Part shown: piece after piece, positions 26,401 to 34,467 of the stretch
Position numbering within the stretch: position 1 is the stretch's first letter
Layout: each line of letters opens with the position of its first letter
Assembly: GCF_001194135.2 (NCBI RefSeq)
Contig: NC_069002.1
Location: 13,639,580 to 13,703,579 of the forward strand
Length of the DNA: 64,000 bases
Direction: 5' to 3'
Source of the DNA: Octopus bimaculoides
Lineage: Eukaryota
Translations under genes and position numbers: made by a program
Notes under the pieces: model-generated
The model's database searches: none
What the model was told of the DNA's origin: nothing
Seen by the model: only the letters and a program-made list of their open reading frames with translations

Positions 26401-29400
26401 TTTAGCATCAACCAATTCTCTACTCTAAGAAGAATGGTAAAGACTCCCTTCAGTCATGAATGACTATGGGATTGCACCTAGAAAGTTCCCCTCTGAGGCA
26501 CAAGTCTGGGCAAATTTGTTTATGGAAGACCAGCAGTCACCCATGCATACCAGCCTCCCCTCTCCATGCCACTGATGTTATCCAAGGGAAAGGTAATGGT
26601 CTATACAGCTTGGTACCAGTGATGTTGCAACTCATTTCTACAGCTGAGTGAACTGGGGTAACGTGTAATAAAGTGTCTTGCTAAAAAGAATGAAGAATTT
26701 AGTCAAAACCAACAAGATGGTGTTTGGGACTATAAATTTACATGAGATTTAAAATTTTTTATTTTATACTTGTTTCAGTCATTTCACTACAATCATGCTG
26801 GAGCACCACCTTGAAGGATTTTAGTCGAACAAATCAACCCCAGAACTTATTTTCTAAAGCCTAGTACTTATTCTATTGGTCGCTGTTGTCAAATTGCTAA
26901 GTTGTGGGGATGTAAACACACCAACACCGGTTGTCAAGCAGTGACGGGGGACAAACACATACAAAGACACACACACACACACACACATACAGGTATATAC
27001 ATATATACAACAGGCTTCTTTCAGTTTCTGTCTACCAAATCCACACACAAGGCTTTGGTTGACCCAAGGTTATAGAAGAAGACACTTGTTCAAAATGCCA
27101 TATAGTGGGACTGAACCTGGAACCATATAGTTGGGAAGAAAGGTTTTAACGTAGAATATTTTAAACAGAAAGTTCAATTCAGAGAACCTAGGGTGGTCTC
27201 AGGTAAGTTAGGATCAAAAGGGTTAAACTTTCTACAAATAATTTTAGGCAAAGAATGTTTTCTAAGTCATGGACAGAGATATCCGACTAAATCCTGAACA
27301 AATTTTTGATTATTTTCACCATCGGTGTGTATTTTATTAGAAATACAGACACTAAATGGGTTAATGAAGCATTAATACAATCAAAAACTATTTACCTGTC
27401 GAAGAAGTTCTGATCAGAAGGTTTATATCGACCATCAACCATGAGAGCCATCTGTTCACCTTTACTAAATGCATAATTGTTGCTCTTTGTATTAACAGGA
27501 AGTTGAATTTCAATCTGAAAGCCATACAAAAATAAAATTTTTTAAATTAACAAAATGAGAAAAATAATATCTAAAATAGGAACAAGGTCAGACATTTTGG
27601 AGTAAAACTAAAGGCAATTATATTGATCGCAGTACTTTGAGCAGTATTATACTTCATTGACCCCAGAAGGGGGCAAAATTGACCTTTGTGTGATTTGAAC
27701 TCAGAATGTAAGAAGCCAGAATGAATGCCGTAAGACATTTTTCCTGATGCTCTCACAATTCTGCCAAGCCAACACCCTTACTAATAATAATAATAATAAT
27801 GATAATAATCAGGGGTTTTCAAACTTTTTGACTTGCGGACCCCTTTATATTTCAGGCTTTACCTTAGGGACCCCCTTATAAACGCTTATGAAATTTATAC
27901 ATAAATATTTGCTTAAAATAACATATATTTTTACATTTATTTATTTAACAAATACGTTTATTGTCAATTAAAAGATTTCGATTAAAAAACATATATAAAA
28001 TCAAATTGCCCATAAAAAGTATTTGCTGTCCACGGACCCCCTGTGGTCCGAGGACCACAGTTTGAAAACCCCTGATAATAATAATCAATAAGAAGAGTGT
28101 GATGTAGTTTGTAATAGACTGTTTCGTTTTTGTATGTAGTTTGCAAGATTCTTTATGTGAATTCGTGTGTCGAAGCATATTTTATCGTGTCCGGGGAGAG
28201 TCATTCTCTTTTAGTGCCTTATTAATTTAACACACTAGTCTGATTTCCACACATTTGCTTATGATTATAACAGACAGAATGAATGACTACTGAAAAGGTT
28301 GCAAGTTGTAATGAAAATTTTAATAAAAATAATAAGTAAATGAGTGGAAATCAGACCGGTGAAACTAAATATTTACTAAGTAAACTTCCTAATCACACAG
28401 CCAGGTCGAATGTGAATTTTTGCTATGCCCTGGCACTAGCCACCATCTATCTCTCTCTTCCTTTACCATTACATTTATATTCTAATCCCCGTTCCTTGTG
28501 AGTAGGCCCTGGCACTTTGCCACCATCTCTCTCCTGCTCTCTCTTGCACACTTGTGGTCTCCCACTCTCTCTCTCTTTCCTCTCTTTCTCATCCCTCTGG
28601 CTGGGCAACCATGTATCTCCTTTACAGCAGAACCTCTTTTTTGTCCTCATTCTTGATCACTCTTTCTCTAGTCAGGTAACCATGTACCTCCTCCACAGCA
28701 AGACATCTGTTTCTGCTTCTGTCACACTCTAACCTTTCATCATCTGACACAAGATCACCTCCTCTAATTCCCCCTCCCCTCTGAAAGACTCCTCATCTTG
28801 CAAGCCACCTGGTGACCCTGCCAGTGCTGGTGCCACATAAAAAGCATCCGGTCCACACTGTGAAGTGGTTGGCATTTGGAAGGGCATCCAGCTGTAAAAA
28901 CCATGCCAAAACTGACCTTAAATGTGCTGGTACCACATAAAAAGCACTCAGTCCATTCTGTAAGCCATAAAATCTGTTCCAAAACAGACACAGAAGTCTG
29001 GTGCAGTCTTCTGCCTGGCTAGCCCCTGTCAAACTGTCCAACCCATGCCAGCATGGAAGGCAGACATTAAATGATGATGATGATGATGATGACTACTTTG
29101 ATGCAGAATGAAATTATTTGATTGTTTTATATCTATTTTTCAATGTAAGCAAAGAATAGAATGATATTTGGTTTTATCAACCTCAAAAAACACTGGATTC
29201 TCGATCATCTGCTAACCATTGTAACAACAAGAATAAATGGATTTAGCTTTTTTTTTGTTTTGTCAGTCAGATAAATTGGGACAAAATAGGTGGAATAAAA
29301 GTTCAACTAAGGACCATTTGGTCTATATTTCAAGGAACATTTGTGAAGTGGTTTTTGTTAGGAAGGGCATCCAGACATAGAAACCATACCAGAGCAGGTA

Positions 29401-32400
29401 TTGGAACTTGGTGCAGCCTTCTGCCTAGTCAGTTCCTGTTGAACCATCTAACTCATACCAGCATGAAAAAAGGCATGTTAAATGATGATGCTTGTCTATC
29501 ATAAGTGCCAGACGAGAAGATTGTGATAACTTACCTCTTTCTGAGTTGGTTTCACCTTCACACTTAGAGGTGTGATGTCTTCGTAGGTCAAATGAGAAGG
29601 TCGAACAAGATACTGGATAACGAAAAAAAAAAAAAACATAAAATAAAAATGTTGGTTTCATGAAAAGAATTTAGTGAACAAACATATGAAATGGTTATTT
29701 GATAAACACACGTCTATATATACACACACACACACACATGCTTAGTTGTCATTCACAGGTAAATATGACCTTATACCATAGTTTCACTAATTATTTTAGA
29801 TGCCAATGAAGATGGAAGCAGATAGAGACATCCTCTAGACCATTATCGCACCCACAACCCTGTGGAACACCAAGGATGTAACAGCAGGAGAGATAGAGGG
29901 GGTGGGGGCTACACCAGCAGTCAGCTGGTACTCATTACAGCCAAGTAGACTGAAATAACATGAAGTGATGTGCTTACTCAAAGTATCAAACCTATATTAT
30001 GACTGCAAACCCAACATTGTAACCACAAAGCCACACACATCCCTCCACATATCTCTTTCAATGATGAATATTGACATGTTCATTTGATAATAATACATGG
30101 ATGTGCAAACTCCAGGCCACCAGAATGCCCCATAAGAACTGGCAAGGGCAGAGCCTAGATATGATAATCCAGGCGGCCTCGGAAGACCTTGAAAACATGG
30201 TTGAGACTATCACGGTTGAAGAGGTGACACTCAAAAGTCAGAGTAGAAGGCAGGATCCCACGATGCTATAAATGTGGCCTGAAAGCCCACATTAGAGCGG
30301 ACTGTCCTCCGTCACCCATGAAGACTAAAGAGAAACCCAAGAGCAGGAAAGAAATCATGACTTCACCACTGACGAAAATCAGCACTGGTGCCGAGGAAGA
30401 GATGAAAGAGGAAAAGAACAGATGGGAAACAGCGAGAAAAAAAAAAAGTAAGAGAAGGAAAAAAAGCACACTTTGTAAATGACCCCATCCCACACTGCCC
30501 CAACCTCCCTCTACAGACACCAACCCTCTCCATGCACCACCTGACACAAAGACAAGCACAAGCACACAGAAGCCCCAAACTTCCCCATCCTTGTCCTGTA
30601 AGAAAAAATATACTGTACAACAAAATGAAAAACTTCATAAGGAGATAAACTCGTGGGATAGAGCAATAAAAGCAAATACAACAGAATTTAGGAGATTGCC
30701 CGAGTACCTTCAGTGTGTGGGGGCAGACCCAGAGTATCTTTCAAGAATAAAAGATTATGAGGAGGGCTGAGTGGTGGGTCAAGAAAATGGACACCAGCAC
30801 AATATCAGAATGGGTAAGCTATATTGAACTTTTAAAGAAATTTAACACAGACATCTTTGGAAAGATGAAAGATAATGGTTACAAATAATGTTTAAAACTG
30901 TTACAAATAATGCTTTAAAAAAAAGTTGTATTAAGTAGGTTCGATGAAGTCACTCAGAGGTGGAACCAAACGGCTTCATTTCATTTATCCTTTATCTATT
31001 TATATAACAGCATGTCAACAAAAATATGGCAGCAAAAGGGTTCATAATGAGAGGTGCATGTCAGAAGGACATAAGGGGCAGTCTGTAGGTCTTTCTGCTC
31101 CATCACAGTTTGTGTATAAAAAATGTAGCTAAATGGGGAAAACAAAATGTTGCCAAAGTTTGCATATTCTGTACTTTTTGTTATTATACGAAACAACGCC
31201 AAACATCAAATTAAAAGCTGCACTCCAAGTGGACTTTTATGCTAGCTCCTGTGGAGGGCTAATTGGGCCTGTGGCCCAAAACTAAAGGGAGCAATAATAC
31301 AGCATTTATTGGTATCCTACCAATATGCTATTACTTTAAATTCAGTTTAAATGAAAGGTTTGTAAGTTCACAAATTTTTGAAGTTCTTTTAAAACTTTAT
31401 ATTTTCAACTGTTAGCAGATAATAAATCCTCATCCAGACCTGTTCCCAATGCTGGATGTTCAAGAACTAACTGAAGGGCAGATTTTCAATCCCAGGATCA
31501 TCCCAATTCCAAAAAGGTATAATATGTCTACGTACAGCGAATGTAGACTGAAATACAAGGGTCCTAGACAGGCGAACAGACAAACTTCCGTGTTTATCAT
31601 TATAGATATTCAAATATGAACTTCTTTTATAACAATATAAATTGCTGTTCTATATTTAAGAGATGAGGAATTATGTACATTATTTACATTCGACGGATAT
31701 TTGTCCTCATCTTGTTTGTTGTTAGCAAACGTGTTAACAACAAACAAGATGAGGACAAATATCCATTGAATGTAAATAATGAATATAAATTGCTTTTACA
31801 ACTTTCAAAATACAGAGAAAATGAATTTGCAACTTTACCTGGAGAAGATAAAGGTTTTCAGCCAAACTTTTAGATAAATAGACATCTACCTGGGGAAAAA
31901 GACAAAGAAGAAAGATATAAATAGTACATAAAATGACAAAAAGACCATTTTTGTTTCCAAATTTCAAGCTAAGTCTTCCTTACTTCTGATGATACCCTCC
32001 CTACCCCAACACACACACCCCCCTTAACTCAAACTGAATAATTAAACAAGCCCTTGACCATCTTACCATATTTTTTTCCAGGAAAAGTGTACTCTTGGCT
32101 ACAATAGTCAATGTCCCCACTGCCCTTTTTTAAGACAGCACTCTGATTTGAGAGAAATTTGGCTTCTATTTCTAGCAGGTCATGATTGCACAGAAACTCC
32201 TTTGTTGGTTTCCGTGGAGAATGGTTTTTGTTAGTATTGTGATGGATGTTGTTTTCTTGTATCACTATGGATATAAGTATAAATACACTCACATGGCTGA
32301 AAGAATTACATACTACTCCCCTCACACAGATATTGAATATTAGGGAATTGTGTACAGCTTACATCAACTAAATTTCACTCAACGTATTGGTCAACTTAAG

Positions 32401-33074
32401 GTTAATAAAAGCACTTGCCCAGGATGTCAACATTGGAATTGAACTCAAAGTCACCTAGTTGTGAAGCAAACTTCTTAACCACACAGTTATGCCTGCACTA
32501 TGAGTCAAATTCTGTTGCCCAGCATCATTGGATGAAGACAATGTTGATGATGAAAACAAGGAATTGAAATGGATAAATAAAAATTATTTCTAATGTAAGC
32601 AGAGACTCGTCACACATTTTGGAGGAGTAAATGGGCCATTTGTATCAACCCCAGTATTTTATTGATTCCAAAAGGACAAAAGGGGGAGGAGGAGGAGGAG
32701 GAGGGAGGGTTTAATATCTGCAACAGAATTTGAGTTCAGAACATTAAGCAGTGCGTGTGTGAGAAAGAGGAGACTGGGAATTTTGAGGTGTTGCCATATA
32801 GTTAGTTTATTTTTGTGAATCTTGTCCGGATATTTGTAGGATTAACTTGGCTCCAAAGACAGAGTCAAAAAGAATCGAAAAATGGCAGAGAAAAACAAAT
32901 TATATTTGTCCTTTCACTCACCGACTAACAAGGACACTTTTATAGACAATTTAGGTAAAACAGACATCACATACATACATAAATATTTGATGATTAGAAA
33001 AAAAGGGACGGGTTTTCTTAAATTGCAGACTTGATTACGATAAATCTACACATTTAAAATTGTGTGCGTGTGTC

Positions 33075-33105
<31 letters not shown>

Positions 33106-34173
33106 GAGAGAGAGAGAGAGAGCGGTGGGAATATATATATATATATATATATATAGATTATGTATTAATGTTTGGTACCAATGAAAATCATTCTCTATAT
33201 CTCAATTTATGCTGAAGCTACCATCACGATATGACGAAATATGACAATGTTTACATCAGAAAAATTTTTTCTTGAAATTTTCAAAGAACAATAATTTTCT
33301 GTTTTCGATCAGGACTCCATCGGAGAAATTAAAATACCAAAAGAGCCGCGTTAACAAAACATGTGTTTAACTTATTAATAAAATGATTTGTCAGATGAAT
33401 GTGTGCTGGTAAATAATCACAAACACAAAGGGCACATTCGACGGTTTACCACCACGTTTACCCAACATCTAGTCCTATCAACGAAAGGCAATGATTTTGG
33501 TAGGATATGAAATCAGAATATTAAGTTACCAAACTGCATGTAGTAGAATCTTAAATCCCTGGTTCTCGTATTTTAAACATCACCAACACACAAATGGTTT
33601 TCTTTTTTACATTATTATAAAACAACCAACCTAAAATCAGCGACATAATCGTGCCTTATATTGTTATAAGACTAGAAACCAGAAAAAGAACGGCGCATTC
33701 ATTAAAATCCACCTCAGTATACGACTGGTACATGTTTCATCGGCACAAGAGATTAGTAAACAACGACGACCCGATGTTATTTGGATACAGAAATGGAAAG
33801 AGATAAAAGTAAATATCATAGATTAGTTCGGACCTCAACTGTTTGTCAATAAATTAGTCTCGATTAAAATAATGTTGTTGTGGAGATCATATAATTGGGA
33901 AATGGAATGCCATCTTTCAATTACTGGAAGGTAATTAATTTACCTTACTACAAGGACTTAATCGAACTGAAATGTCCAAAGCGCGAGACATCGACCGGCG
34001 AGGTTTCAATTCAAAACAACAAATTATAACAAACAAAATAAGGCGCAAACCGCTCACTGGCGGCTGATACTGTCAACTCACAGATCAGATCTTGCATTGT
34101 GTCAGTCAATAAATTGCTATGAAACGTTAATTAAACTCACCTCGTGGACAACCGGATCGGCTTCGTCCGCCAT
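2507..34173 (-). CDS. POLR3E: DNA-directed RNA polymerase III subunit RPC5 (Sin-like), complete spliced gene, 18 coding exons, 2073 nt, 690 aa
   Basis: Exons 34141-34173, 31839-31889, 29535-29612, 27396-27514, 25906-25988, 25537-25650, 23067-23230, 22375-22499, 20850-20941, 19309-19429, 16110-16191, 15618-15677, 14726-14829, 13519-13625, 11785-12269, 4552-4617, 4077-4202, 2507-2569 join in frame with GT-AG ends. The translation follows RPC5 as I recall it (MADEADPVVHEVDVYLSKSLAENLYLLQY.VRP, SKGEQMAL.VDG, FHLTPL...QVRPSFSYMD.AD, LVQGCWVVKSEILYPKD..SPHSGV.AE.LCRGRDY, C-terminal WYLKG). Confidence 0.96.
3455..3717. mobile_element. Short element with a perfect 19-bp terminal inverted repeat in a TA context
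   Basis: AACGATGACCACTAAAGTG (3455-3473) and CACTTTAGTGGTCATCGTT (3699-3717). Confidence 0.7.
4077..4202 (-). CDS. POLR3E: POLR3E exon 17 (MRGVLIGMLQTSCRVASNLFKKKVDEVLGCPISESDCKKLLR)
   Basis: tatttcag acceptor, GTAAGG donor, 126 nt. Confidence 0.88.
4552..4617 (-). CDS. POLR3E: POLR3E exon 16 (WPKQYIEEPVFIASRIGDGLDP)
   Basis: tctttctatcag acceptor, GTAAGT donor, 66 nt, phase 0-0. Confidence 0.85.
4713..5095 (+). mobile_element. tRNA-headed SINE, family B (GGAGGCGCAATGGCCCAGTGGTTAGGG head, (CAA)n tail)
   Basis: A-box TGGCCCAGTGG, B-box-like GTTTCGATTCC; homologous to 8939-9298 and 15075-15460. Confidence 0.88.
6416..6641 (+). mobile_element. SINE family A (GGCGAGCTGGCAGAAACGTTAGC head), nested in the head of a family C SINE
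   Basis: 12-bp TSD TAAGAAGTTTGC at 6404-6415 and 6642-6653. Confidence 0.9.
6975..7450. repeat. CA/GA-rich minisatellite, about 3 copies of a 140-150 bp unit
   Basis: AGACTCAGAGACATACAACTATCAT recurs at about 7000, 7146 and 7285. Confidence 0.85.
8939..9298 (+). mobile_element. SINE family B with internal deletion, nested in an older SINE
   Basis: 8-bp TSD ATATAGGT at 8931-8938 and 9299-9306. Confidence 0.88.
10729..11105 (+). mobile_element. Two tandem family A SINE units (first internally deleted, second with variant tail)
   Basis: GAAACGTTAGCA recurs at about 10745 and 10906; shared GTCGACTTTGCCTTTCATC-type core. Confidence 0.8.
11241..11670 (+). mobile_element. SINE family C, near full length
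   Basis: Head GGCACAGGAGTGGCTGTGTGGTAAG, B-box-like GGTTCAGTCCC, (TA)n(TG)n core, standard tail. Confidence 0.88.
11785..12269 (-). CDS. POLR3E: POLR3E exon 15 (basic/acidic linker plus start of C-terminal region, ...LTMSEVKRLFQLNL...GIRLNDR)
   Basis: cttcttacag acceptor, GTGAGT donor, 485 nt; contains most of ORF 11731-12207; phases fit both neighbours. Confidence 0.9.
13037..13370 (+). mobile_element. tRNA-headed SINE, family E, with good Pol III boxes
   Basis: A-box TAGCTTAGTGG at 13043-13053, B-box GAGTTCGATTCC at 13086-13097; tail shared with 12870-12990(+) and 26435-26690(-). Confidence 0.82.
13519..13625 (-). CDS. POLR3E: POLR3E exon 14 (YPEIIQRQKVLWEAKFQSLCKQLKINCKEIEKKHK)
   Basis: ttttgtag acceptor, GTAACT donor, 107 nt. 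Confidence 0.92.
14726..14829 (-). CDS. POLR3E: POLR3E exon 13 (LPAEDVKDILEQMSRVRVSHGWEFLFDYDKEFCS)
   Basis: tttctctag acceptor, GTGATA donor, 104 nt. Confidence 0.94.
15075..15460 (-). mobile_element. SINE family B, full length, nested in a TTAA-type MITE
   Basis: 14-bp TSD ACCTACCCTACAAT at 15061-15074 and 15461-15474. Confidence 0.92.
15618..15677 (-). CDS. POLR3E: POLR3E exon 12 (MWKFLHTRYVTRKEISSVIK)
   Basis: cttcctttacag acceptor, GTAGGT donor, 60 nt. Confidence 0.94.
16110..16191 (-). CDS. POLR3E: POLR3E exon 11 (SEILYPKDATSPHSGVSAEHLCRGRDYL)
   Basis: gttttcag acceptor, GTCAGT donor, 82 nt. Confidence 0.95.
16223..16797 (-). mobile_element. DINE-1/Helentron-associated-like element
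   Basis: On minus it starts TTTTTACCTCC..(14 nt)..GGAGGTA (hairpin 16767-16794) and ends CTCTTGTT; internal 38-bp direct repeat at 16393-16430 and 16621-16658. Confidence 0.55.
17404..18533 (-). mobile_element. Non-autonomous Helitron spanning the largest N gap
   Basis: On minus: A|TCTATAAAACAC... 5' end; CCCG..CGGG subterminal hairpin (17416-17431); CTAG|T 3' end. A related 5' end lies at about 31500-31606. Confidence 0.8.
17674..18092. other. Assembly gap (further gaps at 19464-19574 and 24566-24575)
   Basis: Runs of N. Confidence 1.
18935..19162 (+). mobile_element. SINE family A, young copy nested in a MITE
   Basis: 13-bp TSD TCAGAATTTCAAG at 18922-18934 and 19163-19175. Confidence 0.92.
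19309..19429 (-). CDS. POLR3E: POLR3E exon 10 (AKVIRFRQLLALLPQGTDSTAVIRCLQQVAVLVQGCWVVK)
   Basis: cttttcctccag-type acceptor next to an N gap, GTATTT donor, 121 nt. Confidence 0.94.
20613..20735. repeat. Fold-back inverted repeat, 55-bp arms, 13-nt loop
   Basis: Arms 20613-20667 and 20681-20735 differ at 4 of 55 positions. Confidence 0.92.
20850..20941 (-). CDS. POLR3E: POLR3E exon 9 (EKPALPSNILSLSQLRTMPLQEQVKALLIN)
   Basis: ataacag acceptor, GTAAGA donor, 92 nt. Confidence 0.94.
21366..21598 (-). mobile_element. SINE family A, young copy
   Basis: 17-bp TSD AATGTCTTACCAATTCT at 21349-21365 and 21599-21615. Confidence 0.92.
22375..22499 (-). CDS. POLR3E: POLR3E exon 8 (DDRSLAERNMLFATKNHDISEFNIPPWEYLEKLMPPVTEEE)
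   Basis: tttcacag acceptor, GTAAGT donor, 125 nt. Confidence 0.94.
22762..22984. mobile_element. TTAA-flanked MITE of a second family (also 13753-13936 and about 14990-15587)
   Basis: TTAA|CCC...AAAGGG|TTAA termini; shared ATAATGCATGATT...ATCTGAATGCTAAAGGG-like body. Confidence 0.8.
23067..23230 (-). CDS. POLR3E: POLR3E exon 7 (SSQEEEEEEAKPVRLKFARHETVEAKARRMASYDYYQKKRDEEQWVDLRYHSMD)
   Basis: ttttccag acceptor, GTAAGT donor, 164 nt; lies inside ORF 23049-23441. Confidence 0.95.
24730..24764 (-). ncRNA. Degenerate minimal type I hammerhead ribozyme motif in a short tandem retro-repeat
   Basis: Minus strand reads GTTT-CCGACGA-A-GAGC-TCT-GCTC-GAAA-CG-TC-ATAC: core with U4->C, 4-bp stem II, GAAA, GUC-type cleavage triplet, stem I GTTT/ATAC with one mismatch. 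Confidence 0.6.
25537..25650 (-). CDS. POLR3E: POLR3E exon 6 (EFHLTPLYAMAQVRPSFSYMDRADAKQKLNIKQSEGG)
   Basis: ttctttctag acceptor, GTAAGT donor, 114 nt. Confidence 0.95.
25906..25988 (-). CDS. POLR3E: POLR3E exon 5 (NVMDKTILASGPSSVSTHRYAVGIYKD)
   Basis: cttcctctag acceptor, GTAAGT donor, 83 nt. Confidence 0.94.
26760..27146 (-). mobile_element. SINE family C, older copy
   Basis: Reverse-complement similarity to 11241-11670. Confidence 0.8.
27396..27514 (-). CDS. POLR3E: POLR3E exon 4 (IEIQLPVNTKSNNYAFSKGEQMALMVDGRYKPSDQNFFD)
   Basis: ttcag acceptor, GTAAAT donor, 119 nt, ends phase 2. Confidence 0.94.
27810..28074. mobile_element. hAT-type MITE
   Basis: Perfect 16-bp TIR CAGGGGTTTTCAAACT; 8-bp TSD ATAATAAT on both sides. 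Confidence 0.9.
29535..29612 (-). CDS. POLR3E: POLR3E exon 3 (YLVRPSHLTYEDITPLSVKVKPTQKE)
   Basis: T-rich tract then ccag acceptor, GTAAGT donor, 78 nt. Confidence 0.93.
29990..30830 (+). mobile_element. Decayed LINE ORF1/gag fragment with CCHC zinc knuckle
   Basis: VEGRIPRCYKCGLKAHIRADCPP; CX2CX4HX4C at 30264-30305. Confidence 0.7.
31678..31781. repeat. Fold-back inverted repeat, 50-bp arms, 4-nt loop
   Basis: Arms 31678-31727 and 31732-31781 differ at 3 of 50 positions. Confidence 0.92.
31839..31889 (-). CDS. POLR3E: POLR3E exon 2 (VDVYLSKSLAENLYLLQ)
   Basis: ttccccag acceptor, GTAAAG donor, 51 nt; conserved RPC5 N-terminal motif. Confidence 0.95.
34141..34173 (-). CDS. POLR3E: POLR3E coding exon 1 (MADEADPVVHE)
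   Basis: ATG at 34173-34171, 33 nt, followed by a GTGAG donor; phase 0. Confidence 0.93.
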
Positions 34174-34335
34174 TTTATCTTTAAATGAACGAAATAACAT
34201 TTCGACTTCCGGTTCACGCGAAACCGGACTTCCGCTGATTTACTGTATAAATGGGACTTACTTCCCTTCTATCAGATATATCCATTTCGGTTTGCTTGTC
34301 TGTGCGGGTGTGCAGGCTCTCTGAATGACTGAGGT
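34174..34335. promoter_or_regulatory. POLR3E core promoter / 5' region, possibly bidirectional
   Basis: Local CpG-rich patch; ETS-type ACTTCCGG at 34205-34212 and ACTTCCGC at 34228-34235; CGCGAAA at 34217-34223; AAAATGGCGG (YY1-like) overlapping the ATG on minus; TATAAAT at 34246-34252 on plus. Confidence 0.6.
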
Positions 34336-34421
34336 TTGTTACTTTTTTTTTTTTTCTCATTTTTAATTTCTTTTTGAATGATTGTATTTCTATTTGGGCG
34401 GAAAGGCATTCTTCTTTGAAG

Positions 34422-34467
<46 letters not shown>

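Noticed and set aside
32400-32500. tRNA-SINE remnant in POLR3E intron 1 (B-box GAGTTCAATTCC at 32446-32435) as an analogue of the Pol III-transcribed antisense MIR known in mammalian POLR3E intron 1
   Set aside because: It is in sense rather than antisense orientation, the A-box is degenerate, and SINE density here makes such a hit expected by chance.
2507-34173. U12-type or non-canonical introns in POLR3E
   Set aside because: All 17 introns are GT-AG and none has the GTATCCTT 5' consensus; intron 10 starts GTATTTGC.
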